Source of the DNA: an uncultured delta proteobacterium
GTDB taxonomy: Bacteria > Desulfobacterota > RBG-13-43-22
Length of the DNA stretch: 64,000 nt
Direction: 5' to 3'
Assembly (NCBI GenBank): GCA_963743305.1
Contig: CAVUPH010000013.1
Location: 64,001-128,000 of the forward strand
The position numbers and the translations under genes were made by a program. Positions 21,602-32,709 of this stretch are shown here, piece after piece. The stretch's first letter is position 1. Each line of letters begins with the position of its first letter. The notes beneath the pieces are model-generated. The model ran no database searches. It was given only the letters and a program-made list of their open reading frames with translations, and was not told the origin of the DNA.

Positions 21602-22471
21602 ATGGAAAAAGAATATTTTCGGTCGGGTCATATGGCCTGTCCGGGGTGCGGCATGGCCTCCACCATCCGATTGGTGTTGAAGGCCCTGGGTGAAAAGACG
21701 GTCGTGGTCATCATCCCTTCCTGCGTCGGGGTCATCAGCGCCGCCTTTCCGAACAGCACCCTGACCGTACCCTGTTTCCATTCGGCCTTTGAGATCGCGG
21801 CCCCGACGGCGGCCGGCATCGCCCAGGCCTTGAAAATTCAGGGCGACGAGGAAACCACGGTGCTGGCCCTGGCCGGCGACGGCGGGACCTTCGATATCGG
21901 GTTGCAGTCCTTGTCGGGCGCCGCCGATCGGAATGAAAATTTCCTCTACGTCTGTCTGGACAACGAAGGCTACATGAACACGGGCATTCAATCCAGTTCG
22001 GCCACTCCCCGGGGGGCCTGGACGATGACCACGCCGGCGGGCCGGAGCGGGAAAAAGAAACACTTCATGGAAATCATAGCCGCTCACCGTCTTCCCTATG
22101 CCGCCACCGCCTCCATCGGTCAACCGCTCGATCTCCTGGAAAAGGTCAAGAAGGCCAAAGCAGTCCGAGGGACCCGCTTCATCCATACCCTGGTCCCTTG
22201 CCCGACCGGCTGGCGGATGCCCGAGGACCAGAGCGCCCGGTCGGCCATGCTGGCCGTGGAAAGCCGGATCTTCCCACTCTATGAGATCATCGACGGGACC
22301 CGCTACCGGATTACCCACGAGTCCCGGGGCCTTCCGGTCAGGGAGTATCTCAAGCTGCAGGGCCGTTTCCGCCATTTGAGTGAAGAAGCGATCGAAGGGA
22401 TCCAGCAGGAGGTGGACGAAGATTGGGAGCAGCTCCTGGTCCGTACCCGGGGTTGTTCCCCGGAGGGCTGA
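21602..22471 (+). CDS. 2-oxoacid:acceptor oxidoreductase beta subunit (PorB-like, TPP-binding)
   Basis: GHMACPGCG; GDGGTFDIG..DNEGYMNTG TPP motif; PCPTGW. Confidence 0.92.
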   Translation: MEKEYFRSGHMACPGCGMASTIRLVLKALGEKTVVVIIPSCVGVISAAFPNSTLTVPCFHSAFEIAAPTAAGIAQALKIQGDEETTVLALAGDGGTFDIGLQSLSGAADRNENFLYVCLDNEGYMNTGIQSSSATPRGAWTMTTPAGRSGKKKHFMEIIAAHRLPYAATASIGQPLDLLEKVKKAKAVRGTRFIHTLVPCPTGWRMPEDQSARSAMLAVESRIFPLYEIIDGTRYRITHESRGLPVREYLKLQGRFRHLSEEAIEGIQQEVDEDWEQLLVRTRGCSPEG

Positions 22472-22478
22472 TTAACCT

Positions 22479-23153
22479 ATGAAAAAGCTGGTAATCCGCG
22501 ATAGCGACACTATCCGGAAGAAGGTTTACGCCCATGTTCGCGATCGGATTCTGGCCGGAGAGATATCTCCCCATCAGCGCCTGATCGAGACCAAGATCGC
22601 GCAGGAGATCGGGACCTCACGGACCCCGGTCCGGGAGGCCCTGCATAATCTGGAAGTCGAAGGGCTGATCGAATCCATCCCGCGGGTCGGCTACCGGGTC
22701 AAATTTTTAAATCCGACGGAGGTGGAGGAGATCTGCGCCATCCGAGCCACTATCGAAGAGATGGCCGCCGACTGGGCCATGAATAAGGCCCCTGGAAAGC
22801 TGGTGTCGGAACTAAAGAAAAATATCGCCCAATCAGAGAAAGCCATCGCCCAGGGGGCGATTAAGGCCTTTGTGGATCTGGATGCCCAATTTCATGAGAT
22901 TATCGCCAGACTCAGCGGTGGTCACCGTCTCCTGGAACTGGCCCAGACTCTCCGGCGCCATATGCTGCGCTACCGGATAGAGAGTATTTATACGCTGGAT
23001 AACGTCAGGCGGGCCATCGACGGACACAAAGGCATTCTCCAGGCGATCGAGAAGGCCGACCGTCCGGGGGTGGGACAGGCCATCATCGCCCATCTGGAAC
23101 AGTCGAAGCGGGATATTCTGCGGTATGCGTTTAAAGAACACCATGAAGAATAG
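22479..23153 (+). CDS. GntR family (FCD) transcriptional regulator
   Basis: GTSRTPVREALHNL HTH; DAQFHEII and GHKGILQAI FCD motifs. Confidence 0.92.
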   Translation: MKKLVIRDSDTIRKKVYAHVRDRILAGEISPHQRLIETKIAQEIGTSRTPVREALHNLEVEGLIESIPRVGYRVKFLNPTEVEEICAIRATIEEMAADWAMNKAPGKLVSELKKNIAQSEKAIAQGAIKAFVDLDAQFHEIIARLSGGHRLLELAQTLRRHMLRYRIESIYTLDNVRRAIDGHKGILQAIEKADRPGVGQAIIAHLEQSKRDILRYAFKEHHEE

Positions 23154-23161
23154 GGGTTATT

Positions 23162-23200
23162 CCCCCCTCACCCCAACCCTTTCCCCCGGGGGGGCGAGGG
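23162..23200. repeat. REP-like CCCCTCACCCCAACCCT..GGGGGCGAGGG element
   Basis: Intergenic imperfect palindrome; related sequence at ~32655-32690. Confidence 0.55.
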
Positions 23201-23271
23201 AGGCCCGGGGAAACAGCCCGAAACACCAACTTTTCATTGATAATGGGACAGTTGGGTTTGGTTAGCTGGCT

Positions 23272-23769
23272 ATGATGGGACGATCTTTTTGGCCAATTTT
23301 TGACCGGATCCTTGACCTGCTGGCCGCCCTGGCCGGCCTGATCCTGGTGTTTATCGTCGGGGCCGTTTGTTACTCCATCGGCCTGCGCTATCTGTTTACC
23401 CGGACTACGATCTGGATCCTCCAGACCACCGAATATGCCCTGCTGTGGATCGTTTTTCTTTCCACCGGCTGGCTATTGCGAGAGGGGGGTCACATTACTA
23501 CCGATATCCTGACCAGCCAGCTCCCCACGCGGGTCCGACGGATCCTCGACGGCGTCATGTGTATAGTCGGCGGACTGACCTGCGCGCTCTTGGTTTATTT
23601 GGGGCTTGTCCATAGCTGGGACTGTATCAGCCATCAGGTGACCGATGTCCGGGCCGTGACCGTTCCCAAGGCGGCGGTCTTCTTTATCATTCCGCTGGGC
23701 AGCCTGCTCCTGACCATTCAGTTCCTGCGGATGGCCTGGGATCGTCTGGTCCGCCGGATCGAGGACTAG
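23272..23769 (+). CDS. dctQ: TRAP transporter small permease
   Basis: 4 TM helices; REGGHITTD motif; adjacent to DctM and DctP. Confidence 0.88.
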   Translation: MMGRSFWPIFDRILDLLAALAGLILVFIVGAVCYSIGLRYLFTRTTIWILQTTEYALLWIVFLSTGWLLREGGHITTDILTSQLPTRVRRILDGVMCIVGGLTCALLVYLGLVHSWDCISHQVTDVRAVTVPKAAVFFIIPLGSLLLTIQFLRMAWDRLVRRIED

Positions 23770-23772
23770 CCC

Positions 23773-25092
23773 ATGGAATGGTATACGATTATTTTTTTAT
23801 TGTTCGGGGGCATGGTCCTCTTGCTGCTGACCGGACTGCCCATTGCCTTTGCCTTTCTGGTGGTGAATATGGTCGGGGCGTATTTTTTTCTGGGGGGGAT
23901 GCCGGGACTGATCGGGGTGGCGACCGGAACCTTCACTTCCATTACCACCTTCACCCTGCTTCCCGTACCTTTTTTCATCCTGATGGGAGAACTCATCTTC
24001 CATTCCGGCTTGGGACTGAACGCCGTCAACGTGCTGGACAAATGGCTGGGCAAGGTCCGCGGGCGGCTCTCCATCCTGGCCATCTTTATGGGGGTCATCA
24101 TCGGGGCCCTCTCCGGCTCCACCATCGCCACCTGCGCCCTGCTGGGGACCATCCTGCTTCCGGACATGCTGAAAAGAGGCTACAGCAAGAACATGAGTCT
24201 CGGCCCGCTCATGGGCGTCGGCACCGTGGACGCCCTGATTCCCCCCAACGCCCTGACCGTGGTACTGGCCAGCCTGGCCGGCATCGACGTGGGGCAACTG
24301 CTCATCGCCGGCATCCTGCCGGGCATCATCATGTCCGGCCTCTATCTGGTCTACGTCCTCACCCGCTGTCGCCTCAAACCGGAAGAGGCGCCGCTCTACG
24401 ATGTGCCGCCCGTCCCCTGGAGGGAAAAGATACAAGACACCATCCAATACCTGCTGCCCCTCAGCCTGATTATTTTTATGGTCATCGGTTTCATTTTTCT
24501 GGGTATCGCCACCCCCACGGAGGCCGCCGCCTCCGGGACTTTGGGGTCCTTTATCCTGGCCCTGGCCTACCGGCGATTAACCTGGGAGCTATTCAAGAAG
24601 TCGGTGTACGGGACCGTGAAAGTCACGGTCATGATCTTCATGATTATCATCGTTTCCAGCACCTACGGTGAAATACTGGCCTTTACGGGTGCGGCCTCCG
24701 GAATGACCGGATTCATGACCCACCTCACCGTCCCCCCCCTGATGATCGTTATCGGTATGCTGGCGCTGGTGCTGCTGCTCGGCTGTTTCATGGAAACGGT
24801 GGCCATTATGATGATCACCATCCCCATTTTCATGCCGGTCGTCAACGCCTTCGGTTATAATCCGATCTGGTTCGGGGTCCTCCTGCTGATAGCCCTGGAG
24901 ACCGGGCTGATCACGCCTCCTTTCGGGGTGACCCTTTTTGTCATGAAGGGGGTGGCGCCTCCGGAGGTGACCATGGCTGATATCTGGAAGGCGGTTACGC
25001 CGTATGTGTTGATCGATATTTTGTGTATCGCCCTGGTCCTGGTCCTGCCGTTTCTGGCCACCCTGGTCCCGGGGCTGATGGGGATGAAGTAA
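23773..25092 (+). CDS. dctM: TRAP transporter large permease
   Basis: VPFFILMGE, LIPPN, TPTEAAA and GLITPPFG motifs. Confidence 0.93.
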   Translation: MEWYTIIFLLFGGMVLLLLTGLPIAFAFLVVNMVGAYFFLGGMPGLIGVATGTFTSITTFTLLPVPFFILMGELIFHSGLGLNAVNVLDKWLGKVRGRLSILAIFMGVIIGALSGSTIATCALLGTILLPDMLKRGYSKNMSLGPLMGVGTVDALIPPNALTVVLASLAGIDVGQLLIAGILPGIIMSGLYLVYVLTRCRLKPEEAPLYDVPPVPWREKIQDTIQYLLPLSLIIFMVIGFIFLGIATPTEAAASGTLGSFILALAYRRLTWELFKKSVYGTVKVTVMIFMIIIVSSTYGEILAFTGAASGMTGFMTHLTVPPLMIVIGMLALVLLLGCFMETVAIMMITIPIFMPVVNAFGYNPIWFGVLLLIALETGLITPPFGVTLFVMKGVAPPEVTMADIWKAVTPYVLIDILCIALVLVLPFLATLVPGLMGMK

Positions 25093-25174
25093 GGAGCGGG
25101 GAGAGGGCTGTGGTCGCCAAACTCGAAATTCGAAATGGACCAAAATGACTGAATATCAAAAAAGGAGGTAGATT

Positions 25175-26164
25175 ATGAAAAGAAGTCTGATCTTGACGTG
25201 GGTGTTGGCTCTGGCCGTTTGGGCGGGTACGGCGGGATGGGTGCAGGCGGAAACCTTGGTTCTCAAGGCAGTGACGGCCTGGCCCAAAACCGCCAGCGAG
25301 TACAAGGCCTTCACCACCTTTACCGAGCTGGTCGAACAGATGGTGGCCAAGAAGTATCCGGGTGAACTGAAAATTCAGTATATCGGGGGTCCGGAGGCGG
25401 TGAAGACCCCGGACCAGGTGCAGGCCCTGCAACGCGGTATGGTGGATATGGTTTTCACCACCACGGCCTATTATGTCTCGGTTCTGCCGGAAGTGGACGC
25501 TCTCAAGCTGTCCGACTGGACGCCGGCCGAGGAGCGGACCAACGGCACCTGGGCCTTCATGAATGACCTGCACAAAAAGCTGGGGTTGACCTACCTGGCT
25601 CGGCTGGGGCTCGATATTAAATTTCACCTCTACCTGAAAAAACCCATTAAGAGCGCCGATCTCAAGGGACTCAACATCCGGGTTTCCCCCATGTACCTGC
25701 AGATGATCAAGGGCCTGGGAGGCAATCCGGTAGTCATTCCGCCGACCGAGGTCTACGTGGCCCTGGAACGGAACGTGGTCGACGGCTATTGCTGGCCGTC
25801 CACGGGCATCCGCGATTGGGGCTGGGACAAACAGACCAAATACGTCGTCGATCCCGGTTTTTACGGGGTACCCAATCCGCTGCTCATGAATCTGAATACC
25901 TGGAACAAGCTGCCCAAGAAGCTTCAGGACCTGTTGACGGAAGCAGCGACCGAAGCGGAAAAGAAGGTGGTCGTCCAATTTGAGGAACTCGCCAAAAAAG
26001 AACGCCCCCTCCTGGTGAAGGAAGGGATCCAAGTCATTGACCTGCCGGCGCCGGAAAAGGAAAAATTCCTCAAGGTGGCCAACGAAGAGGGCTGGAAGGA
26101 CGTGCTGCAAAAGAACCCCAAGACCGGTCCGGAATTGAAGAGCCTCCTGACCAGGAAGAAGTAA
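25175..26164 (+). CDS. dctP: TRAP transporter substrate-binding protein
   Basis: Signal peptide; DLKGLNIRV, EVYVALERNVVDG and WNKLP motifs. Confidence 0.93.
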   Translation: MKRSLILTWVLALAVWAGTAGWVQAETLVLKAVTAWPKTASEYKAFTTFTELVEQMVAKKYPGELKIQYIGGPEAVKTPDQVQALQRGMVDMVFTTTAYYVSVLPEVDALKLSDWTPAEERTNGTWAFMNDLHKKLGLTYLARLGLDIKFHLYLKKPIKSADLKGLNIRVSPMYLQMIKGLGGNPVVIPPTEVYVALERNVVDGYCWPSTGIRDWGWDKQTKYVVDPGFYGVPNPLLMNLNTWNKLPKKLQDLLTEAATEAEKKVVVQFEELAKKERPLLVKEGIQVIDLPAPEKEKFLKVANEEGWKDVLQKNPKTGPELKSLLTRKK

Positions 26165-26280
26165 AGCATGGGCCGAAAAGTCCAGGGTGGTTCATGTCAC
26201 CCGGAGGCCTTCTCCCGAACAGGCGGCCATCTTCCCTTCCGGGGGGACGGGTCATACCGGATATCTCTTGAGAGAAGAAA

Positions 26281-27662
26281 ATGGAACAAAAGATCAAAGA
26301 ACAATTGATCCAAATCGTGGGTAAGGGAAACGTGTCCGAGACCCTGGTAGATCGGATCAACTGTTCGCAGGATTTTTCAGAACACCGCCACCTCCCGGAG
26401 GGGACCGTCTGGCCGACTAGCCACGGAGCAGGTCTCGGCCGTCCTCCGACTGGCCAATCAGAAAATAATCCCGGTCACCCCCCGGGGGGCGGGCACGGGG
26501 GCCACGGGTATGGCCGTGCCCTGCCGGGGGGGAATCGTCCTCGACCTGGTGCGGATGAATAAAATTCTGAAGATCAGCATTGAAGACCGCTTAGCCGTGG
26601 TCCAGCCGGGGGTAGTCTACGCCGACCTGCAAAGGGCCCTGGGCCGCTTGGGGTTTCTTCTTTCCGCCTGATCCGGCCTCGGGCAAGGTGGCTACCCTCG
26701 GCGGAAACGTGGCCACCAACGCCGGAGGAATCAAAGGGGCTAAATACGGCACCACTAAGGATTATGTCCTCGGCCTGGAGGTGGTGCTGCCTGACGGACG
26801 GGTCATGCGGACCGGCTCCAACTGTATGAAGTCGGTCTCCGGCTACGGCCTGACCCAACTCCTGGTGGGCTCCGAGGGGACCTTGGGGGTGATTACCGAG
26901 ATCCGGCTTAAGATCAATCCGCTGCCCGGCGCCACATCTACCGGTTTAGCCGCCTTCGACCGCTTACGGGACGCGGGCCGGGCCGTCACTCAAATCATGT
27001 ATTCCGGGATTATCCCCAGTGTCTGTGAAATCCTGGACCGCCGGACCATCGAGCTTCTTCTTCGGCATACCGAAGTGCATTTACCCCCCGCGGAGGCGGT
27101 CATCCTGGTGGAAACGGACGGCTATACCCCGGAGGAGACCGAATTTCAGATGAATAAAATCATCGAGGTTTTTCAAAAGAACCGGGCGGTCCAAATCAAG
27201 CAAGCCGCTTCGGCGGCCGAAGCGGAAAGTCTCTGGTCCGCCCGCAAATCTCTGGGCAGCGTGATTATGCGCTTAAAGCCGAACTTTTTGGTGGAGGATG
27301 TGACCGTTCCCATGTCCAGAATAACCGACCTCCTGGAAGGGATTGAGGCTATCGGCGGCCGCTATGGCCTGGACTTGGTCACCTTCGGCCATGCCGGCGA
27401 CGGCAATCTTCACCCGCACGTCATGTACGACGGCGCCAACCCGGAAGAAGTGAGCCGGGTGTATCAGGCGGCGGCCGATCTCTTCCGGCTGACCTGTCAA
27501 CTGGGCGGAACGTTAACTGGAGAGCACGGCATCGGGTTGAGCAAGGCCCCTTTCATGTCCCTGGAGCACGATCCGGTGGCCTTGGAGATGATGCGCACCC
27601 TGAAGCGGGTTTTTGATCCTCAGAATATCCTCAACCCGGGAAAGATGGGGCTGGAGGTTTAA
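26281..27662 (+). CDS. FAD-linked 2-hydroxyacid dehydrogenase (GlcD-like), frameshifted near 26420 and 26650
   Basis: TPRGAGTG (shifted frame), TLGGNVATNAGG, GSEGTLGVITE, GHAGDGNLH, GEHGIG and LNPGK motifs. Confidence 0.88.
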
Positions 27663-28782
27663 ATGGCGGGCGGCTCGACTCTCGGGGAAAAATACCGGGA
27701 TCAGATTTCCCGTTGTTCGCGCTGCGGATTTTGTCAGGTTTCCTGCCCGGTCTACGGGGCCACACTCCGGCCGGCGGTCAACCCCCGGGGGAAGATGCTT
27801 ATTTTAAAGGAGCTGCTGGCAGGGAGGCTGGACCTTCGGCCAGGACCTGCGGGAAGTTTTCTATCAGTGTACCCTTTGCGCCAGTTGCGCCTCGAATTGT
27901 CCCGCCGGGGTTGATGTGGCCGAGGTCCTCCTGGAGGTCCGGAAAGAGATGGTCAGGACGGGGAACGGTCACCCGGTATTCGAAGGGTTGCAGCAGAGCT
28001 TGGCCGGGCAGCCCAATATCTATGGTGAAGAGCGGGGGGATTATTTCGGAAGGGAAAAGAACGAGTCCGCCGAATACGTTTTCTTTGTCGGCTGCGTAGG
28101 TTCATTCCGGGAAATCGAATCCACTCGGCAAATCCTGATCCTTCTGGACCGACTGAAGGTGGATTACACCTTGATCGACGAGGTCTGTTGCAGCGGCATC
28201 CTGGAAGAGGTCGGTTACCCGATCAGCGCGGATCGGGTCAGGGAAAATTGTCAGCGCATAGTTAAGACGGGGGCTAAAACCGTCATTACCGGCTGTCCTT
28301 ATTGCTTTCGGACTTTTAACCGGGCCCCGGCTTACGCGCCGCTCCGGGACCGGGGGATCGAGATTATTCATCTGACTCAGTTCTTGGAGGCCTTAGACTT
28401 CGGCATCACCACGAAAAAAAGGATAACCTATCACGATCCCTGCGACCTGGGGAGGCACTCAAAAATGTACGCCGCACCCCGCCGGATCATCCAGCGGATT
28501 GCCCCGAACTTTGTGGAAATGGTCCACAACCAGGACCAGGCCCTCTGCTGCGGTGCGGGGGGCGGGATGCGGGCCGCTTATCCCGGGACCTCCATTAAAA
28601 TGGCCGGCAATTGTCTGCGGGAGGCCACGGATTGTGGGGCCGATATCCTTTTGACCAATTGCAACTCCTGTTTACACAATTTGTCCAATGCCCAAAAAAG
28701 ATATTCCCTTTTTCGGAAAGATAAATTGCACATTTATAACTTGGGCCAGTACCTTAATCTCCTTCTGGATGGGGCCGGCTGA
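27663..28782 (+). CDS. Fe-S oxidoreductase (GlcF/HdrD-like, CCG domains), frameshifted near 27840
   Basis: CSRCGFCQVSCP, CTLCASCASNCP (shifted frame), EVCCSG, YHDPCDLGR and ALCCGAGGG motifs. Confidence 0.87.
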
Positions 28783-28846
28783 ACCCGGAAGCGGGTGTTT
28801 TTCGGTTGACAAAAGGACGAGATTATTTATAGCGTTACCCCAAACA

Positions 28847-28861
28847 GTTCATCTGGTGAAC
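28847..28861. promoter_or_regulatory. Palindromic putative IclR operator (autoregulation)
   Basis: GTTCAT-CTG-GTGAAC immediately upstream of the iclR start and downstream of TTGACA at 28806. Confidence 0.5.
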
Positions 28862-28865
28862 ATTC

Positions 28866-29663
28866 GTGTCAAGAGATAAAAAAGAACCTTTTTATAACCG
28901 ATCGTTGGAAAGGGCTTTACAGATCCTCAATGCCTTTACCGGTGAGAGGAAACTGCTTACCCTTAGTCAACTGTCAGAGATCCTGAGTCTCTCCAGGGCT
29001 ACGGTTTTACGATTGTGTTCGACACTGGTCAATTACGGCTTTCTCAGTCAGGATCCCGCCTCTAAGGAATATTCTCTGGGCCTTCGATTGTTCGAGCTGG
29101 GGAGTATCGTCTTACACTCATTTTCCCTGAGAAAAACGGCCTCTCCCTTTTTGGACCCATTGCACCGGAAACTGGGTAAAACGTTATTCCTGGCCATCTT
29201 GGAGCAGGGGCAATTGATCTACATAGACAAGAGAGAGGACTCGCACAACCCGATCACCTTTACCTCGAAGATCGGCACCCGCCGCCCTCCCTATTGGGGC
29301 ATGTTGGGACCCATGCTCATGGCCCATTTGCCTGACTCGGAAGTCGAATACCTGTTGGAGAAAAACCCGCTCCAGGCCACCACCAAAAAATCGTTTACAA
29401 AAAAAGAGGAGTTTAAAAAATGGCTCGGCCAGGTGCGCGAGGACGGGGTTGCCGTCGATGTGGAGAGGACCTTTGACGGCATTACCGGGGTAGCCGTCCC
29501 GATTCGTGATTTAAGGGGGAAGGTGGTGGCCAGCTTAGCCGTCTGTTTCATTTCTTCTTCGGTGGATGGCCGGGAATTGAGGCGGATCATCAAAGAAGCC
29601 CAGAAAACGGCTCTGAATATTTCCAGGGAAATAGGCTACCCCGAAAAGAAGCTGGACTTTTAA
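28866..29663 (+). CDS. IclR family transcriptional regulator
   Basis: SLERALQIL, LSRATVLRLCSTL HTH and GVAVPI motifs. Confidence 0.92.
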   Translation: MSRDKKEPFYNRSLERALQILNAFTGERKLLTLSQLSEILSLSRATVLRLCSTLVNYGFLSQDPASKEYSLGLRLFELGSIVLHSFSLRKTASPFLDPLHRKLGKTLFLAILEQGQLIYIDKREDSHNPITFTSKIGTRRPPYWGMLGPMLMAHLPDSEVEYLLEKNPLQATTKKSFTKKEEFKKWLGQVREDGVAVDVERTFDGITGVAVPIRDLRGKVVASLAVCFISSSVDGRELRRIIKEAQKTALNISREIGYPEKKLDF

Positions 29664-29766
29664 AGGAATTTGGTGTCCGGCCCAAAAGTTCATCTTTTTA
29701 CCCCATCCCCTTTTTTTTGCTTGACAGGATCGGAGGAAAAGATGATAGGATTCATTCACCGAACAA

Positions 29767-29789
29767 CTAGTTTCATTAGATGAAACTAG
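29767..29789. promoter_or_regulatory. Perfect palindrome, putative IclR operator
   Basis: CTAGTTTCAT-TAG-ATGAAACTAG upstream of the CoA ligase; shares TTCAT-N3-RTGAA with 28847-28861. Confidence 0.6.
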
Positions 29790-29816
29790 GAAAATTGAGC
29801 GAATCCGATAGAGGTC

Positions 29817-31161
29817 ATGATGACAATTTTGGAAGCAGACAGCGAAAAAATATTGGAACCCCCTGATGGAGCGCCTTCCGCAGGAGCACTTGCGCGCCCT
29901 TCAGCTTCGGAAGTTCAAAAAAGTCCTTACCTGGGCCTATGAGCGGTCAAAGTTCCATCGCCGCCTGTATCAGGAAGCCGGGTTGGAACCGGGAGATATC
30001 CGGACTTATGAGGATATTCCAAAAGTTCCTAAGGTGGAAAAGTCGATGATGCGCGAAATCCAGCGCAAAGACCCTTTCCCCTACGGGGAAGCCCTCTGCG
30101 TCCCTTTGGAAGAGGTGGTCGAATTTCGGCAGACCAGCGGCACCACGGGACAGCCGGTATATCAGCCGGATACCTGGCAGGACTGGGAGTGGTGGGCCGA
30201 ATCCTGGGCCACTATCCTCTATGCCCAGGGGTTTCGCAAGACCGACCGGGTCTTCCTGCCCTTCGGTTATAATGTCTTTGTGGCCTTCTGGGCCGCTCAC
30301 TACGCGGCGGAAAAATTGGGTTGCGAAGTGGTGCCCGGAGGGGTTTTGGACACGGCCGCCCGGATCCTCAAGATTCAGGAGCTCAGGGCCTCGGCCATGA
30401 TGGCCACTCCGAGCTATGTTCTGACCATGGCCGATACGGCTAAAAGCCGTTTGAACATCACCCCTTCCAAAGACCTGACCATCAGAAGGATCGTCTGCGC
30501 CGGTGAACCCGGGGCCAGTATCCCCGGCACCCGGAAGCGGATGGAAGAGGCCTGGGGAGCCAAGGTCTTTGATCATGTAGGGGCCACTGAAATCGGGGCC
30601 TGGGGATTCGAATGTCAGGAGCAATCCGGGATTCATATTAATGAAGCCCTTTTCCTGGTGGAAATCGAGGACCTGATCACCGGGAAAACAATCACCGCTC
30701 CGGGCCAAAGAGGGAAAATGGTCATCACGGCCCTGGACCGTATGGCCCAGCCCTGTATCCGCTTTGATTCCAAGGACGTGGTGGAATGGGCCGGGGCCTC
30801 TTGTGCCTGCGGCCGGACCTTCCGATTGTTTAAGGGGGGGGTCTCCGGTCGGGCCGACGACATCACCAAAGTCAAGGGGGTGTTGCTGTCTCCATCGGCC
30901 ATCGAGGAGGTGGTGCGCGGTTTTCCCGAATTGGCAGATGAATATGAGGTGCTGGTGACCAAGAAGGGCGATACGGACGAAATTACCCTGAAGGTGGAAA
31001 CCTCGCCGGGCCAGGAAGGGAATCAAAAAGAAATCCTGGCTCGTTTGAAGGACCGGTTGAGACTCCAGACCAACTTGAATTATCTGATCGAGTTTCATCC
31101 TTTCCAAAGTCTGCCCCGGCCCGAAGGCAAGGCCCGGAGGTTTAAGGATTTGCGGAAGTAA
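29817..31161 (+). CDS. Phenylacetate-CoA ligase family protein (second paralog); N-terminal frameshift in the A-run near 29850
   Basis: QTSGTTGQP, CAGEPG, FDHVGATE and GRADDITKVKG motifs; KYWNPL precedes ORF start 29866, matching NYWNPL of the paralog. Confidence 0.9.
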
Positions 31162-31239
31162 AAAGCAGTCCCATTTTCGTGTTTCGCGGCGCCCCACAGG
31201 GGCATTGGGATTTAAAAGGAAGAAAGCGGGGGGACACCC

Positions 31240-31419
31240 ATGAATCAACAGGAACGTGAAGGCCTTGAAAAAATGAATGACCGAATCCAGATCATCAAAA
31301 AGGCCGCTTTGGAATTGAAAAATCTATCGGAGGGTGTCCAGGCCGCGGAATGCAATGCGAAGCGGATTCTGGCCAGTATAAAAATGCTGGAATTAAATTT
31401 CAGCGACCTCCTGGGGTGA
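31240..31419 (+). CDS. Small 59-aa helical hypothetical protein (below the ORF-track cutoff)
   Basis: MNQQEREGLEKMNDRIQIIKKAALELKNLSEGVQAAECNAKRILASIKMLELNFSDLLG*; similar to 16220-16421. Confidence 0.7.
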   Translation: MNQQEREGLEKMNDRIQIIKKAALELKNLSEGVQAAECNAKRILASIKMLELNFSDLLG

Positions 31420-31627
31420 GCTCATCCTTAAGAAGGATTTTTCCCCTTGACAATCTTCCTTCTTCGGTAAAAATTATACTTTCAAAAATAACTATAATGT
31501 GATTACCAGATAATCAAATAACTCTTAAAGAAAGGGAGGTGAGATAAGGTTTAAACTATGGGGCGTCCTGTGAAACGGTAGGTTTAAACGGTTTCAGTTG
31601 ACAAACTATCACTTAAGGAGGTTGATC

Positions 31628-32650
31628 ATGTTTAAAAAGGGGTTGATTTTTTTTATCGGAAGTTTTTTTATGTTTTCCTTTCTTCTGACCGGGGGCGGTT
31701 TTTCCCAAACCAAGCCGGTTACCCTTACCTATTCCACTTTCTTCCCGGCCACTCACACCCACACCCTGCTCTCCAGCGAATGGGCCAAAGAGATTGAAAA
31801 AAGGACCAACGGTGCGGTAAAGATTAACCTGTTTCCCGGGGCCACCCTTACTCCGCCCAATCAGGCCTACGACGGCGTGGTCAAAGGCATTTCCGATATC
31901 GCCTTGTCGGTCTTCAGTTACACCCCCGGCCGTTTTCCCCTGATGGAACTCATTGACATGCCCCTGGGATACAAGTCCGCCCTTCAGGCCACCCACCTGT
32001 GCAATGCCTTTTACAAGAAATTTCAACCTAAGGAATTGGAGGCCGTCCAGGTTATGTATCTCCACGCCCATGGGCCTGGCATTTTGCATACCAAAAAACC
32101 GGTGCACAAACTGGAGGACCTGAAAGGTATGAAAATCCGCTGCACCGGCACCACCGCCAAGTTAGTGGCCAAATTAGGGGGCATTCCGGTGGCCATGCCC
32201 CAGACCGAGACGTATGACGCCCTTCAGAAAGGGGTGGTGGATGGCGTCATGAATCCCTTTGAAGCCTTAAAGGGCTGGAAAATTGCCGAAGTCATTAAAT
32301 CGACCACGCTTAATTATGATTCCGCCTATTCCATGGCCTTTTTCGTCGTCATGAACAAACAGAAATGGAATGCCCTGCCCAAGGAGGTCCAGTCGGTAAT
32401 TGAAAAGGTTAACGAAGAATGGATCGAAAAAACCGGCAAGGCCTGGGATGACATTGATAAAGGCGGAATGGAATTCACCAAGGCAAAAGGAAACCAGATC
32501 ATCCCCCTGCCCCAGCAGGAAGACGAACGATGGGCCAAGATGGCTCAGCCGATCTTTGCCGAAACGGTCCAGGCCGTCAAAGCCAAGGGATTACCGGGTG
32601 AGGAGGCCTTGAAGTTCATCCAGGACTTCCTGAAAAAGAACCCTAAATAA
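31628..32650 (+). CDS. dctP: TRAP transporter substrate-binding protein
   Basis: AAGGAGG RBS, signal peptide, DLKGMKIR and YDALQKGVVDG motifs. Confidence 0.93.
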   Translation: MFKKGLIFFIGSFFMFSFLLTGGGFSQTKPVTLTYSTFFPATHTHTLLSSEWAKEIEKRTNGAVKINLFPGATLTPPNQAYDGVVKGISDIALSVFSYTPGRFPLMELIDMPLGYKSALQATHLCNAFYKKFQPKELEAVQVMYLHAHGPGILHTKKPVHKLEDLKGMKIRCTGTTAKLVAKLGGIPVAMPQTETYDALQKGVVDGVMNPFEALKGWKIAEVIKSTTLNYDSAYSMAFFVVMNKQKWNALPKEVQSVIEKVNEEWIEKTGKAWDDIDKGGMEFTKAKGNQIIPLPQQEDERWAKMAQPIFAETVQAVKAKGLPGEEALKFIQDFLKKNPK

Positions 32651-32709
32651 TTGTTCACCTCTCCTTCCCTCCCCCGCAAGGGGGAGGTGGTCGTCTTGAG
32701 GAGTCCTGC

